The notes under the pieces are model-generated. The model did not search any database. It saw only the letters and a list, made by a program, of their open reading frames with translations, and was not told the DNA's origin. A stretch of DNA of 64,000 bases. Origin: an uncultured Gemmatimonadales bacterium (lineage in GTDB: Bacteria; Gemmatimonadota; Gemmatimonadetes; Longimicrobiales; Gaopeijiaceae). Positions 30,653-39,379 of the stretch are shown here, in pieces. Numbering within the stretch: position 1 is the stretch's first letter; each line of letters starts with the position of its first letter. The DNA lies in assembly GCA_963823035.1 (NCBI GenBank), contig CAWGKG010000019.1:64001-128000 (forward strand), read 5' to 3'. Position numbers and translations under genes: made by a program.

Positions 30653-31923
30653 CGCGAGCCGGCCGACCCCGCGTGCACGTTCCGGAACACCTCCCCGCCC
30701 TTCATGACGAAGCGCACGTCCCGGACCGCCGTGATGTCGGCGAGGGGGTCGCCGGCCACGGCGACCAGGTCCGCGACCATCCCCGGCGCGATGGCCCCGA
30801 GGCGGTCGCCGAGGCCCATCGACTCTGCGTTGCCCGAGGTGGCCGCCGTGAGCACGCGCATGGGATCGGCGCCGGCCTCGTTCACCAGGCAGACCATGTC
30901 CTCGACCTCGCGGCCGTGGGCGCCCGCCACGGCGTCGGTGCCGTACGCGAGCCTGAGCCCGGGCGTCGCGAGGGCGCGCCGGAAGCCGTCGAGCGCGAGC
31001 CCGATCCCCTCCTGCATGGAGGCCTTGCCCTCGGCGTTGTAGTTCCCGATACCGTCGTAGTGTGACCAGTTGTCCAGGTAGTTGTGGAAGACCAGCCCAC
31101 ACTGCGGATCGAACCACGTGCCGGTGCTGGCCATGAGCGCGAGGGTGCTGTCGGCCGCGAAGATCCCGTGCTCGATCTGCGTGCAGCCCGCGCGCACCGC
31201 GGCCTGGATGGACGCGTCGCTGTGCGCGTGCACCAGCGTGCGCAGCCCCTGTGCCTTCGCCTCTCCGCACATGGCGTCGAGTTGCTCGCGCGACATGGTC
31301 TGCGCGCCACCGTCGCGGATGCTGGCCGACGCGAAGATCTTGATGATGTCGGCGCCCTCGCGCTTCCGCGTCCGGATCAGAGCGCGTAGCGAGTCCGGCG
31401 AGAGGCGGGGGTTGGAGAGGGGCTGCAGCGAGGTGAGGATGCGCGGGCCGGGCAGCCGCCCGGCGGCGATCCAATCCCTCAGGTCCGCGTCCTCGGGCGA
31501 GCCGGGACTCTGCACGGTGGTGAAGCCGCCCAGGAGCGTCTTCCACGCCTCGCCGGCCGCGGACAGCTCGGCCTCGACGGGCGTCTCACCGTCGCCCGAC
31601 CGGTGCAGCCGGCCCTCCGCGTTGAAATGCCAGTACACGTGGTCGTGGGCGTCGATGAAGCCGGGCAGGAGCGTCATCCCGGTCAGGTCGTAGGTTGCCT
31701 TCGGCTCGCGGTCCACGCTGACGATGCGACCGCCCTGGACGACCACGCGCGCGTTCTCGAGGACGTTTCCGCGCCCGTCCACGACCCGGCTGGCGCGTAG
31801 GCTCACCGTGCCTGCCTGCGCCCGCGCCGAGGGTGGGGACACGACGAACACGGCGACGAGCGCGACGAGGAGCGCGCCGGCCCCCGGGTGGACGGTCGCG
31901 CTCGGGGATCGCATGGCGCTCAT
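30649..31923 (-). CDS. exported metal-dependent amidohydrolase (Xaa-Pro dipeptidase-like)
   Basis: Signal peptide; LLPGFIDAHDH, DIIKIFAS, VHAH, QIEHG, YGTDA, ADLVAVAGDPLADI. Confidence 0.9.
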   Translation of the reverse strand: MSAMRSPSATVHPGAGALLVALVAVFVVSPPSARAQAGTVSLRASRVVDGRGNVLENARVVVQGGRIVSVDREPKATYDLTGMTLLPGFIDAHDHVYWHFNAEGRLHRSGDGETPVEAELSAAGEAWKTLLGGFTTVQSPGSPEDADLRDWIAAGRLPGPRILTSLQPLSNPRLSPDSLRALIRTRKREGADIIKIFASASIRDGGAQTMSREQLDAMCGEAKAQGLRTLVHAHSDASIQAAVRAGCTQIEHGIFAADSTLALMASTGTWFDPQCGLVFHNYLDNWSHYDGIGNYNAEGKASMQEGIGLALDGFRRALATPGLRLAYGTDAVAGAHGREVEDMVCLVNEAGADPMRVLTAATSGNAESMGLGDRLGAIAPGMVADLVAVAGDPLADITAVRDVRFVMKGGEVFRNVHAGSAGSR

Positions 31924-32070
31924 GGCTCGCCCTCGCTGGCGGGAGGAGGCAGACGAAGGGACGTACGATAGGCGGCGCGGACCAGCCGCGCGACCCGTGC
32001 ATCCATCCGGCATGTGGAGCCGGCGCCGCACCATCCGGCCCGAATTCCCTGCTGCAGCAAGGGTTTCCGT

Positions 32071-32086
32071 TGGCACGATGGTTGCA
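32071..32086 (+). promoter_or_regulatory. sigma54 (-24/-12) promoter
   Basis: TGGCACGATGGTTGCA matches TGGCAC-N5-TTGCW exactly; about 70 nt upstream of ATG 32156. Confidence 0.75.
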
Positions 32087-32155
32087 TTCGAAGCGTGTGA
32101 CTTGGGGCGAGATCCACTCGTCCAACGAATCCAAACCTGTCGAGAGGACAACTCC

Positions 32156-32374
32156 ATGAAGGCCCTGACCATCCTGGGAATCATCCTGATCCTCGGCGGG
32201 ATTGCCGCGCTGGCGCTGAAGGGCATCCAGTACACGAAGCACGACACCGTCCTCGATGCCGGACCCCTGCAAGTCGAGGCCGAGCACAAGAAGACGATCC
32301 CGCTCGGTCCGGTCGCAGGCGGAGCCGCCGTCCTGGCAGGCATCGTCCTGGTCGGAGTCGGCCGCCGGGATTGA
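32156..32374 (+). CDS. small two-transmembrane protein (DUF3185-like)
   Basis: MKALTILGIILILGGIAALALKGIQYTKHDTVLDAGPLQVEAEHKKTIPLGPVAGGAAVLAGIVLVGVGRRD; GAGGA RBS. Confidence 0.8.
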   Translation: MKALTILGIILILGGIAALALKGIQYTKHDTVLDAGPLQVEAEHKKTIPLGPVAGGAAVLAGIVLVGVGRRD

Positions 32375-32462
32375 GCACCGCCCCCTGGGCGACCCCGCGC
32401 CGGGATCCATGGGAGCGGGCTGATTTCTGAGAATCCCTCCACTTCACCAGGAGAAACCAACC

Positions 32463-32612
32463 ATGCTGTGGACCATCTTCATCATCCTCCTGATCCTCTG
32501 GCTACTGGGAGTCGTGAGCTCGTACACGCTCGGTGGATTCATCCACATCCTCCTGGTGGTCGCCGTGGTGGTGCTCGTGATCCGGCTCATCCAGGGCCGA
32601 CCGGTCGCCTGA
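32463..32612 (+). CDS. lmo0937-family (DUF5670) small membrane protein, 49 aa
   Basis: Manual translation MLWTIFIILLILWLLGVVSSYTLGGFIHILLVVAVVVLVIRLIQGRPVA; AGGAG RBS; below the ORF-track length cutoff. Confidence 0.88.
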   Translation: MLWTIFIILLILWLLGVVSSYTLGGFIHILLVVAVVVLVIRLIQGRPVA

Positions 32613-32656
32613 CCCATCGAACCCAGGCCGGAAGGGGCAAGCCGGCCACATACGCG

Positions 32657-32691
32657 AACGTCCCGCGACGATGCGCCGTCGCGGGACGTTT
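32657..32691. terminator. probable bidirectional terminator hairpin
   Basis: Perfect 14-bp stem AACGTCCCGCGACG / CGTCGCGGGACGTT with a 6-nt loop, between convergent genes. Confidence 0.7.
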
Positions 32692-32719
32692 CGTTGTGGT
32701 CGCTCCGACCGGTCGGAGG

Positions 32720-34474
32720 CTACCCCGCCGACGTTTCCCTGCGCCGCTCCTGTGCGGGTGCCGCGAGTGCTCCGGCCACCGCGGCCCGGAGATCCTCGAG
32801 CGAGAACGGCTTGTCGAGGAAGGGGGCGGTGGCCAGGACGTCGGCGTGCTCGCCGCCTTCGGACGGGCGACAGCCGGACGTGAAGAGCACACGCATCGTG
32901 GGATGCTCCCGCCGGATGCGCGTCACCAACTCGGGGCCCGTGAGGTCGGGGAGGTTCACGTCGCAGATGAGGAGATCGACGTCCCCGCGGATCCTCGCGA
33001 GGGTCCGCTCCGCCTCGCCGGCCGTGGCCGTGGAGAGCGTCCGATGCCCGATCCGGGTCAGGGCCGAGCTGACGACCTTGCGGACCGAGGCGTCGTCGTC
33101 GACCACCAGGATCGTGGCGGCCGGATTGGCCAGCGCCGTGACCGTGGCACCCGTCAGGGTTCTGGACGCTTCGGCGGCGCTCGCCATGGAGGCCGAGAGG
33201 CTCACCCGCATCGTGGTGCCGCGACCGTCCTCGCTGTCCACGGAGAGGTGTCCCCGGACCTCGTCCACGATGCCGCGCACCGTCGCGAGGCCGAGGCCGG
33301 TGCCCCGCTCCTTCGTGGTGAAGAACGGCTCGAAGATCCGAGCCTGGACGGCCGGCGACATGCCCATGCCGTCGTCCACGACCTCGATGTGCACCTCGGA
33401 CGGCTCGCCGCGCGGATGCTCCGAGCGCGTCCGGATCGTGATGCACCCGTGCTTGCCGACGGCGTCCTTCGCGTTGACGAAGAGGTTCACCACCAGCTGG
33501 TCGAGGGCGACCGGATCGAGCACGACGGCCGGAAGCCCGTCCTCCAACTCGAGCGCCAGCGTCTGGCCACCCTGGCAGAGGCTCTCGAGGAAGCGCGACA
33601 GTTCCCGGAGGTGCCGGTTCGGGTCGATCGGGCGGTGGTGGAACGCACCGCCGCGGCTGAACGACAGGAGCTGGCCCGTGAGGGAAGCGGCGCGCGCCGC
33701 GGAATCCCTCACCAGCTCGAGGTTCGCCCGGAGCTCGGGAGATCCACCCCCGGGATCCTGGAGCATGAGGTCCAGGTTCCCGAGGATGCCGGTCAAGAAG
33801 TTGTTGAAGTCGTGCGCCACGGCGCCGGTGAGGTTCCCCAGCTCGTCGACGCGTGCGGCCTGACGGAGCTTCTGCTCGAGCTGGACCCGCTCGCTCACGT
33901 CGAGGACGACACCCGCCACCGCGCGCCGACCGTTCCAGTCGACGACGCGTCCGAAGGACTCCAACTCGACGGTGGTGCCGTCACCGCGCCGTCCCGTGAA
34001 GTGGTGGCGCGCCAGCTCCTCCGATCCGGCCTCACGCTCCGCGATCGAAGACCGGATGCGATCCCGGTCCCCTTCGGCGACGAGGTCGAGGGCGGTCATC
34101 CCCTGGAGGCGCTCGATCGGGTAGCCGAAGATCTCCGCGAATCGCGCGTTGACCCGCGCGAAGCGGCCGTCCACCATGACGTACGTGCCCGCGATGCCCT
34201 GATCGCCCAGCGCCGCAAGATGGGCCTCGGACTCCTGCACGCGCCGGACCTCTCGGCGCACCAGCCACCAGATGAGGCCGGCGCTGGCCGCGACGAAGAG
34301 CCAACCCTTGAGGGTCTGGAAGTGCGAGAGCAACAGGAGGTCGCGCGCGAACGTCGCCACCAGACGGTCAGAAAGGACAATCCAGAGCGCGCCGACGAGA
34401 AGGTAGGCCGAGCCTACCCTCAAGGCCGAGGTTCGGACGGTGGCGCGACGCCTGTCGGGGTGATTGCGGAACAT
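32720..34474 (-). CDS. hybrid sensor histidine kinase (transmembrane, PAS, HisKA/HATPase, receiver)
   Basis: AHDFNNFL H-box, NLFVNAKDA, DDGMGM, FEPFFTTK, GTGLGL, and receiver ILVVDDD...LLICDVNLP...KPF. Confidence 0.93.
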   Translation of the reverse strand: MFRNHPDRRRATVRTSALRVGSAYLLVGALWIVLSDRLVATFARDLLLLSHFQTLKGWLFVAASAGLIWWLVRREVRRVQESEAHLAALGDQGIAGTYVMVDGRFARVNARFAEIFGYPIERLQGMTALDLVAEGDRDRIRSSIAEREAGSEELARHHFTGRRGDGTTVELESFGRVVDWNGRRAVAGVVLDVSERVQLEQKLRQAARVDELGNLTGAVAHDFNNFLTGILGNLDLMLQDPGGGSPELRANLELVRDSAARAASLTGQLLSFSRGGAFHHRPIDPNRHLRELSRFLESLCQGGQTLALELEDGLPAVVLDPVALDQLVVNLFVNAKDAVGKHGCITIRTRSEHPRGEPSEVHIEVVDDGMGMSPAVQARIFEPFFTTKERGTGLGLATVRGIVDEVRGHLSVDSEDGRGTTMRVSLSASMASAAEASRTLTGATVTALANPAATILVVDDDASVRKVVSSALTRIGHRTLSTATAGEAERTLARIRGDVDLLICDVNLPDLTGPELVTRIRREHPTMRVLFTSGCRPSEGGEHADVLATAPFLDKPFSLEDLRAAVAGALAAPAQERRRETSAG

Positions 34475-34558
34475 CGCTTCTCGGGGGGTCGGGGGGATGT
34501 CTCAACGATGCAGACGACCCGGCCCCCCGGGCAAGCCTGATGTTTTACGGACGCCCGG

Positions 34559-34924
34559 CTACCTCGCCGGTCGATACATCACCACGTGCGCGCGCTCGAG
34601 TGTGATCAACCCTCCCCCCATCAGCTCGTCCAGCTCGGGGAGGATGGTCTGGAGGGTGGCCTCGTCGTCCACGACCTCCACGATCACCGGGAGGTCGCTG
34701 GACAGGCGCAGCACCTTGCCCGTGTGCAGGCGGGCGCTGGGGCCGAAGCCGGCGATGGCACGCACCACCGTCGCGCCGGCACACCCCTTCTCCCGCAGGG
34801 TCAGGAGGATGGCCTCGTAGAGCGGAAGACCCTTGTGGGGGCCCGTGGGGCACCGGTCGCTCTCGCCGAGGAAGATGCGCATGAGCGTCCGTTCACCCTC
34901 GAATCGATCGGTCATCTTCGTCAT
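34559..34924 (-). CDS. DUF190 (PII-like) protein
   Basis: LMRIFLGESD...PLYEAIL...AGATVVRAIAGFG...LRLSSDLPVIVEVVD...GGLITLE; ATGA overlap with the crcB stop. Confidence 0.9.
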   Translation of the reverse strand: MTKMTDRFEGERTLMRIFLGESDRCPTGPHKGLPLYEAILLTLREKGCAGATVVRAIAGFGPSARLHTGKVLRLSSDLPVIVEVVDDEATLQTILPELDELMGGGLITLERAHVVMYRPAR

Positions 34925-35308
34925 CCGCTCCTTGCACGCAGGAGGCTGGAGGCCAGGGCCGCCCCGGTGACGACCGCGGCCAGGCCCAGCGCGAAGCTGC
35001 CCGCGGCGTAGCCGCCTGCGCGCCACCATTCGCCGTCACGCAGCAGCGCCACGGTCTCGTAGCTGAACGTGCTGAAGGTTGTGAACGAGCCGAGGAAGCC
35101 GATCGTGATCAGAGCGCGCGCCTCGGCGGAGGAGACGGACCCCTGGAGCCACACCACGGCGAAGCCGAGCAGGAGCGAGCCGGCGACGTTCACCCCGAGC
35201 GTTCCCCAGGGGAAGAAGCTGCCGACTCGCCGTCTGGATCCATCCGGAGACCAGGTAGCGCGCGACCGCGCCCAACGCCCCGCCGAGCGCAACGGCGAGC
35301 AGGGTCAT
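34921..35308 (-). CDS. crcB: fluoride channel CrcB/Fluc; frame break near 35222
   Basis: MTLLAVALGGALGAVARY...FPWGTLGVNVAGS...GFLGSFTTFSTFSYET; ATGA overlap with the upstream hydrolase stop. Confidence 0.9.
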
Positions 35309-36186
35309 GGGGCGCCGACCGGAGACGCGGACAGGAAGTCGGTGATGGCCTGTGCGATCTCCGAGGGCGCATCCTCCTGGATGAAGTGCTTCGCGTCGAG
35401 TCGCCGGGTGGTGACCAGCCGGAAGTCCTCGCGGAAGCGCTCCATGAAGTGACGCGTGAAGACGACGTCCTCGATGCCCCACGTGAGGAGGAGCGGGACG
35501 TTCGCGAGGTGGTCCCGCACCTCGTCGGCCAGGTCGCCCAGCCACAGCCCGGCGTCCGAGAGCTGGAGGGCGAGCTCGGCGACGCCCAGGCGGCTCGTCG
35601 GGGTCGGCAGGGGCTCGCGGTAGTGGTGCAGCACCTCGTCGGCGAGGAGGTGCTTCGCCCCGAACGGAATGAGCTTCTCCACGAAGAAGTTGCGCTTCAG
35701 GATCTGCGCCTGCATGGGGGCGCTGCCCATCATGTAGGCGACGGTCTTGAGCTGCCATGCGTCCGCCGGCCAGTACCAGGTGTTGCCCATGACGAGCGCG
35801 CGCATGCGCGCCATCTCGTCGAGCGCCACACGCATGCCGATGGGCCCACCCCACTCGTGGCCCATGATCGTGAGGTTCTCGAGCTGCAGATGCCGAACCA
35901 GCGAGCGCACCACCTCCGCCTGCTCGGCGGCCGTGTAGCCGTAGTCCTCGGGGTGCGCAGAGAGGCCGAAGCCCGGGTAGTCCGGCACGATGCAGCGAAA
36001 GCTCTTCCGTAGCCGGATCACGATCCCCCGATAGAGGAAGCTCCAGGTGGGGTTGCCGTGCAGGAAGAGGATGGGCGGGCCCGTGCCCTCGTCGAGGTAG
36101 TGGACGGTGCCCGCAGGGCTCTCGAACCACTTCGACTCGAAGGGAAAGAGGCGACGATCGGGCTGGAAGTTGGGGATGTGGGGCAC
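35305..36186 (-). CDS. haloalkane dehalogenase-like alpha/beta hydrolase (HLD-III / Rv1833c-like) with Glu at the nucleophile elbow
   Basis: FPFESKWF, HYLDEGTGPPILFLHGNPTWSFLYR, DYPGFGLS, GHEWGG, GNTWYWP, WGIEDVVF, AKHFIQEDAP. Confidence 0.85.
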   Translation of the reverse strand: MPHIPNFQPDRRLFPFESKWFESPAGTVHYLDEGTGPPILFLHGNPTWSFLYRGIVIRLRKSFRCIVPDYPGFGLSAHPEDYGYTAAEQAEVVRSLVRHLQLENLTIMGHEWGGPIGMRVALDEMARMRALVMGNTWYWPADAWQLKTVAYMMGSAPMQAQILKRNFFVEKLIPFGAKHLLADEVLHHYREPLPTPTSRLGVAELALQLSDAGLWLGDLADEVRDHLANVPLLLTWGIEDVVFTRHFMERFREDFRLVTTRRLDAKHFIQEDAPSEIAQAITDFLSASPVGAP

Positions 36187-36295
36187 GGGCTTCGCCGAAG
36201 TTCGCGGGGAAGATCCCGGAACGATGGAGGATGAGGGGGGAAGGGGAAAGGGGACGCGGTGGGCGACGCATCGGCCTCGGCCGATGTTCGAGTGC

Positions 36296-36955
36296 CTAGT
36301 GTCGCGCGAGGTGTGGGTGGTAGGCGGCTTCGCCGCCCTTCACGGCGACGTATTCGCGCAGACCGACGCGGAGGGTGAACGCGCGCACGACCTCGAAGGG
36401 AGCGAGAAGGCGCTCGACCTGGGCGGGAAGGAGCTGGGCCTGCGCGGCTTCCGGTGGGCCGGCGACCTCCTGGCGGACGCGATCGACGCCGAGGAGCTTG
36501 AAGCGGAGAGGTCGGGTCTCCGTCGAGCCGGACGCGTCCACCGCCACGTACAGGCGGGCGCCGTCGGCCGTGAGGGTGTCGAGCCGCTCGATGAGGAGCC
36601 GCTTCCCCTCCGGGCTGAGCCGGTCGAGGAGGTTCCAGGCCAGGACCAGGTCGTAGGGCTGGTGGGGATTGGGCGGAATGCCCTGCACCGCCCCGGCCCA
36701 GTCCGCCCCACGCGAGGGTCTCTCGAGCAGGTCCGCGAAGCGGATCTGCCGCGCGTAGCCACCGTAGAGCCTCAGATGGCTTTCGGCGGCCGTGCCGAGG
36801 TCCAGGACGGAGTACGTGCGATCCGGGTCCAGACCCGCGAAGAGCGCCGAGATTCCGGGCGCAGCCCGCTCCACGGGCGGAGGTGTCCGTTCGTCCGGTT
36901 CGCGGGGCTGGGTGTCCTGCGGGGGGGCGCGCCTGATCCGATGCAACCAGTCCAC
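36296..36955 (-). CDS. hypothetical protein with SAM-methyltransferase-like fold
   Basis: SVLDLGTA...RFADLL...YDLVLAWNLLD; lacks a full GxGxG motif; directly downstream of bactofilin. Confidence 0.65.
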   Translation of the reverse strand: MDWLHRIRRAPPQDTQPREPDERTPPPVERAAPGISALFAGLDPDRTYSVLDLGTAAESHLRLYGGYARQIRFADLLERPSRGADWAGAVQGIPPNPHQPYDLVLAWNLLDRLSPEGKRLLIERLDTLTADGARLYVAVDASGSTETRPLRFKLLGVDRVRQEVAGPPEAAQAQLLPAQVERLLAPFEVVRAFTLRVGLREYVAVKGGEAAYHPHLARH

Positions 36956-37539
36956 GAGGCTAGGGAGCCGCCTTGTCCACTGACCTCGGATCCGTCCGTG
37001 CCCTTGCTCGTAGACGACAGCACGCTCGAAGTGCTCGACTCGGAGTTGGTCTTTCCCGAATCGCTGTCCGAGGCGCGGGAAGACCCGCCCGTCGCCTTCG
37101 AGTTGGACGCGCTCTTCGCCTCGGGGCGCTCGCCCATGTCCACCAGCCCCTTGAAGCTCGCGCCGTCCTCCAGCACGACCCTGGGTGCGGTGATGTCGCC
37201 CACCACGCGGGCGGAGCCGCGCAGGATGATCTGCTCCTGGGCGATCAGGTCTCCCTCGACATTCCCTTCCACGGTCACGACCCGGGCGGTGATGTTGGCC
37301 TTGACGCGGCCGTCCCGGCCGATCGTCACGGCGTGCAGCTCGAGCTCGACCGACCCGTCTACCTGCCCCTGGATGAGGAGATCCTCATCCCCGCTCACCT
37401 CTCCGTTGATCTTGATCGACGGGCCGATGATCGCCCGTTCCGAAGAGGAGGCTTCCCCCGTCGACCGTCGCGACTCTGCCCTCGACGAGGACTCCGAGCG
37501 CGGCTGGGTGGCGGGTGTCGGTTCATCCTTCTTCCACAT
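36772..37539 (-). CDS. bactofilin (polymer-forming cytoskeletal protein); true stop probably TAG at 36960-36962 after an indel
   Basis: MWKK N-terminus; AIIGPSIKINGEVSGDEDLLIQGQVDGSV...VEGNVEGDLIA...VVGDITAPRVVLEDGASFKG. As read, the ORF overlaps the next gene. Confidence 0.88.
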   Translation of the reverse strand: MWKKDEPTPATQPRSESSSRAESRRSTGEASSSERAIIGPSIKINGEVSGDEDLLIQGQVDGSVELELHAVTIGRDGRVKANITARVVTVEGNVEGDLIAQEQIILRGSARVVGDITAPRVVLEDGASFKGLVDMGERPEAKSASNSKATGGSSRASDSDSGKTNSESSTSSVLSSTSKGTDGSEVSGQGGSLASWTGCIGSGAPPRRTPSPANRTNGHLRPWSGLRPESRRSSRVWTRIARTPSWTSARPPKAI

Positions 37540-37730
37540 GCGTTCCCTCCCTGATGATCGTTCGACGTCCAAGGTTTCCCACAGTGCATCGCGACTCAAC
37601 CGTACAGCAACTTGCCACGCCGGAACGATTCCGGCGACCCGTGGCCCGGAAGGGGCAGCGCGCGCGGCCTTCCATCAGGCTGCTATGTTCGGGGGGAGCT
37701 GAACCGTCTTCTACCCGAAGCTCCTCCGAC

Positions 37731-39347
37731 ATGCTCCACAGGTACGTTCGCGCGGCGACCCTGGTCTCGGCCTCCTGCACGCCCCTTCTCTCCGCGTTCG
37801 CCTGCGCCCCCGGCCCGTCCCCGGCGCCGGCGGCCCTGCCCGCGTGGGTGGCGGCGACCGAGCGTCCCGCGCCGGACGCGCCCGCGACGGCCGCGGCCAG
37901 GGCCTTCGACGCCCTGCGGCGCGACTCCGCGCGGGTGGAGGCTTTCGTGCGCGCCATGCCCAAGGGCGGAGACCTCCACAGCCACCTCTCGGGAGCCGTC
38001 TACGCGGAGCGCTACCTCGATTGGGCCGCGCAGGACGGGGTGTGCGTCGCCGTCGTGACGCTCACGCTCGTTCCGGCGCCCTGCGACCCGGCGACCGGGC
38101 GTCCCGCCGCCGAAGAACTGGACGGAGCGCTGAGGGCACGGGTCATCGACGCCTTCTCGATGCGAAACTACGCTCCCGCGGTCGAGAACGGCCACGACCG
38201 CTTCTTCGCCACCTTCGAGCGCTTCGATCTCGCGTCCTCGGGACGGACGGGCGACATGCTGGCCGACGTGGCGCAGCGGGCGGCCGCGGGCCACGTGCGT
38301 TACCTGGAGCTGATGCTCTCGGCCGGCGGCGGCGCGGTCCGGGCCCTCGGGGCGGAGGTGGGTTGGGACGACGACTGGGGGCGCCTGCGCCGCAGGCTCC
38401 TCGACGCCGGCGTGCGCGAAGCGTTGGTCGACGCTCGCGCGGAGATGGATCGGGCCGAGACGCGGCGCGACGAGGCTCTCGGCTGCGGGGGGCCCGGCGC
38501 CGCGCCGGGGTGCGGCGTGACCGTCCGCTACGTCGTCCAGGTGTTGCGCGCCTTTCCCCGCGAGCAGGTGTTCGCGCAGATCCTGGCGGGCTTCGAGCTG
38601 GCGCGGATGGACGGTCGCTTCGTCGGGCTCAACCTCGTGCAGCCGGAGGACGATCCCGTGGCGATGGGCGACTACTCGCTGCACATGCGCATCATCGCCT
38701 TCCTGCGCGAGCTGTACCCGGAGGTGCCCGTCGCGCTGCACGCGGGTGAGCTCGTGGAGGGGCTGGTCCCGCCCTCCGGCCTCCGCTTCCACATCCGCGA
38801 GGCGGTGGAGGTCGCCGGGGCACGGCGCATCGGCCATGGCGTGGACGTGCTGCAGGAGGACGAGCCCGACGCCCTGTTGCGCGAGATGGCGCGGCGCCGG
38901 GTGCTGGTCGAGATCAACCTCACCAGCAACGACGTGATCCTGGGGGTGCGGGGCGCGCGTCACCCCCTGCGGACCTACCTGGACTACGGCGTGCCCGTGG
39001 CCCTGTCCACGGACGACGAGGGCGTCGCGCGCTCCGAGATGTCGCTGGAATACCGGAAGGCGGTGCTCGAGCAGGGCGTGGACTACCCCACCTTGAAGGC
39101 CATGGCGCGCAACTCGCTCGAATACGCCTTCGTGGAGGGAGCGGGCCTGTGGAGCGACTACGCCGTGCTCGAGCCGGTGGACGCTTGCGCAGCCGCTCGC
39201 GGCGGACTCGATGGAGAGGCGTGCGTGGCCTATGCGCAGGCGAACGTGAAGGCTCGCCTGCAACGTTCGCTCGAGATCGACCTGCGGGCCTTCGAGGAGC
39301 GCGTCTCGCTGGGAGCCGGCTGGCCGATCCACGACCAGGACCGCTGA
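37731..39347 (+). CDS. exported adenosine deaminase family protein
   Basis: MPKGGDLHSHLSG, LHAGE, RRIGHG, EINLTSN, LSTDDEG; N-terminal signal/lipobox-like LLSAFAC. Confidence 0.88.
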   Translation: MLHRYVRAATLVSASCTPLLSAFACAPGPSPAPAALPAWVAATERPAPDAPATAAARAFDALRRDSARVEAFVRAMPKGGDLHSHLSGAVYAERYLDWAAQDGVCVAVVTLTLVPAPCDPATGRPAAEELDGALRARVIDAFSMRNYAPAVENGHDRFFATFERFDLASSGRTGDMLADVAQRAAAGHVRYLELMLSAGGGAVRALGAEVGWDDDWGRLRRRLLDAGVREALVDARAEMDRAETRRDEALGCGGPGAAPGCGVTVRYVVQVLRAFPREQVFAQILAGFELARMDGRFVGLNLVQPEDDPVAMGDYSLHMRIIAFLRELYPEVPVALHAGELVEGLVPPSGLRFHIREAVEVAGARRIGHGVDVLQEDEPDALLREMARRRVLVEINLTSNDVILGVRGARHPLRTYLDYGVPVALSTDDEGVARSEMSLEYRKAVLEQGVDYPTLKAMARNSLEYAFVEGAGLWSDYAVLEPVDACAAARGGLDGEACVAYAQANVKARLQRSLEIDLRAFEERVSLGAGWPIHDQDR

Positions 39348-39379
39348 CCCGTACGACGGGGAGAGGCGCGGGGAACAGG

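Noticed and set aside
36187..36295. Possible fluoride riboswitch upstream of the hydrolase-crcB operon (GGCCGATGCGTCGCCC on the minus strand)
   Set aside because: The GATGG...CGCC stem and the downstream GCTGATGAC...CTAC element are not present. An Infernal search with RF01734 would settle it.
37606..37623. Possible sigma54 promoter upstream of bactofilin (CGGCGTGGCAAGTTGCT, minus strand)
   Set aside because: The GG-to-GC spacing is one base longer than the strictly conserved -24/-12 spacing.
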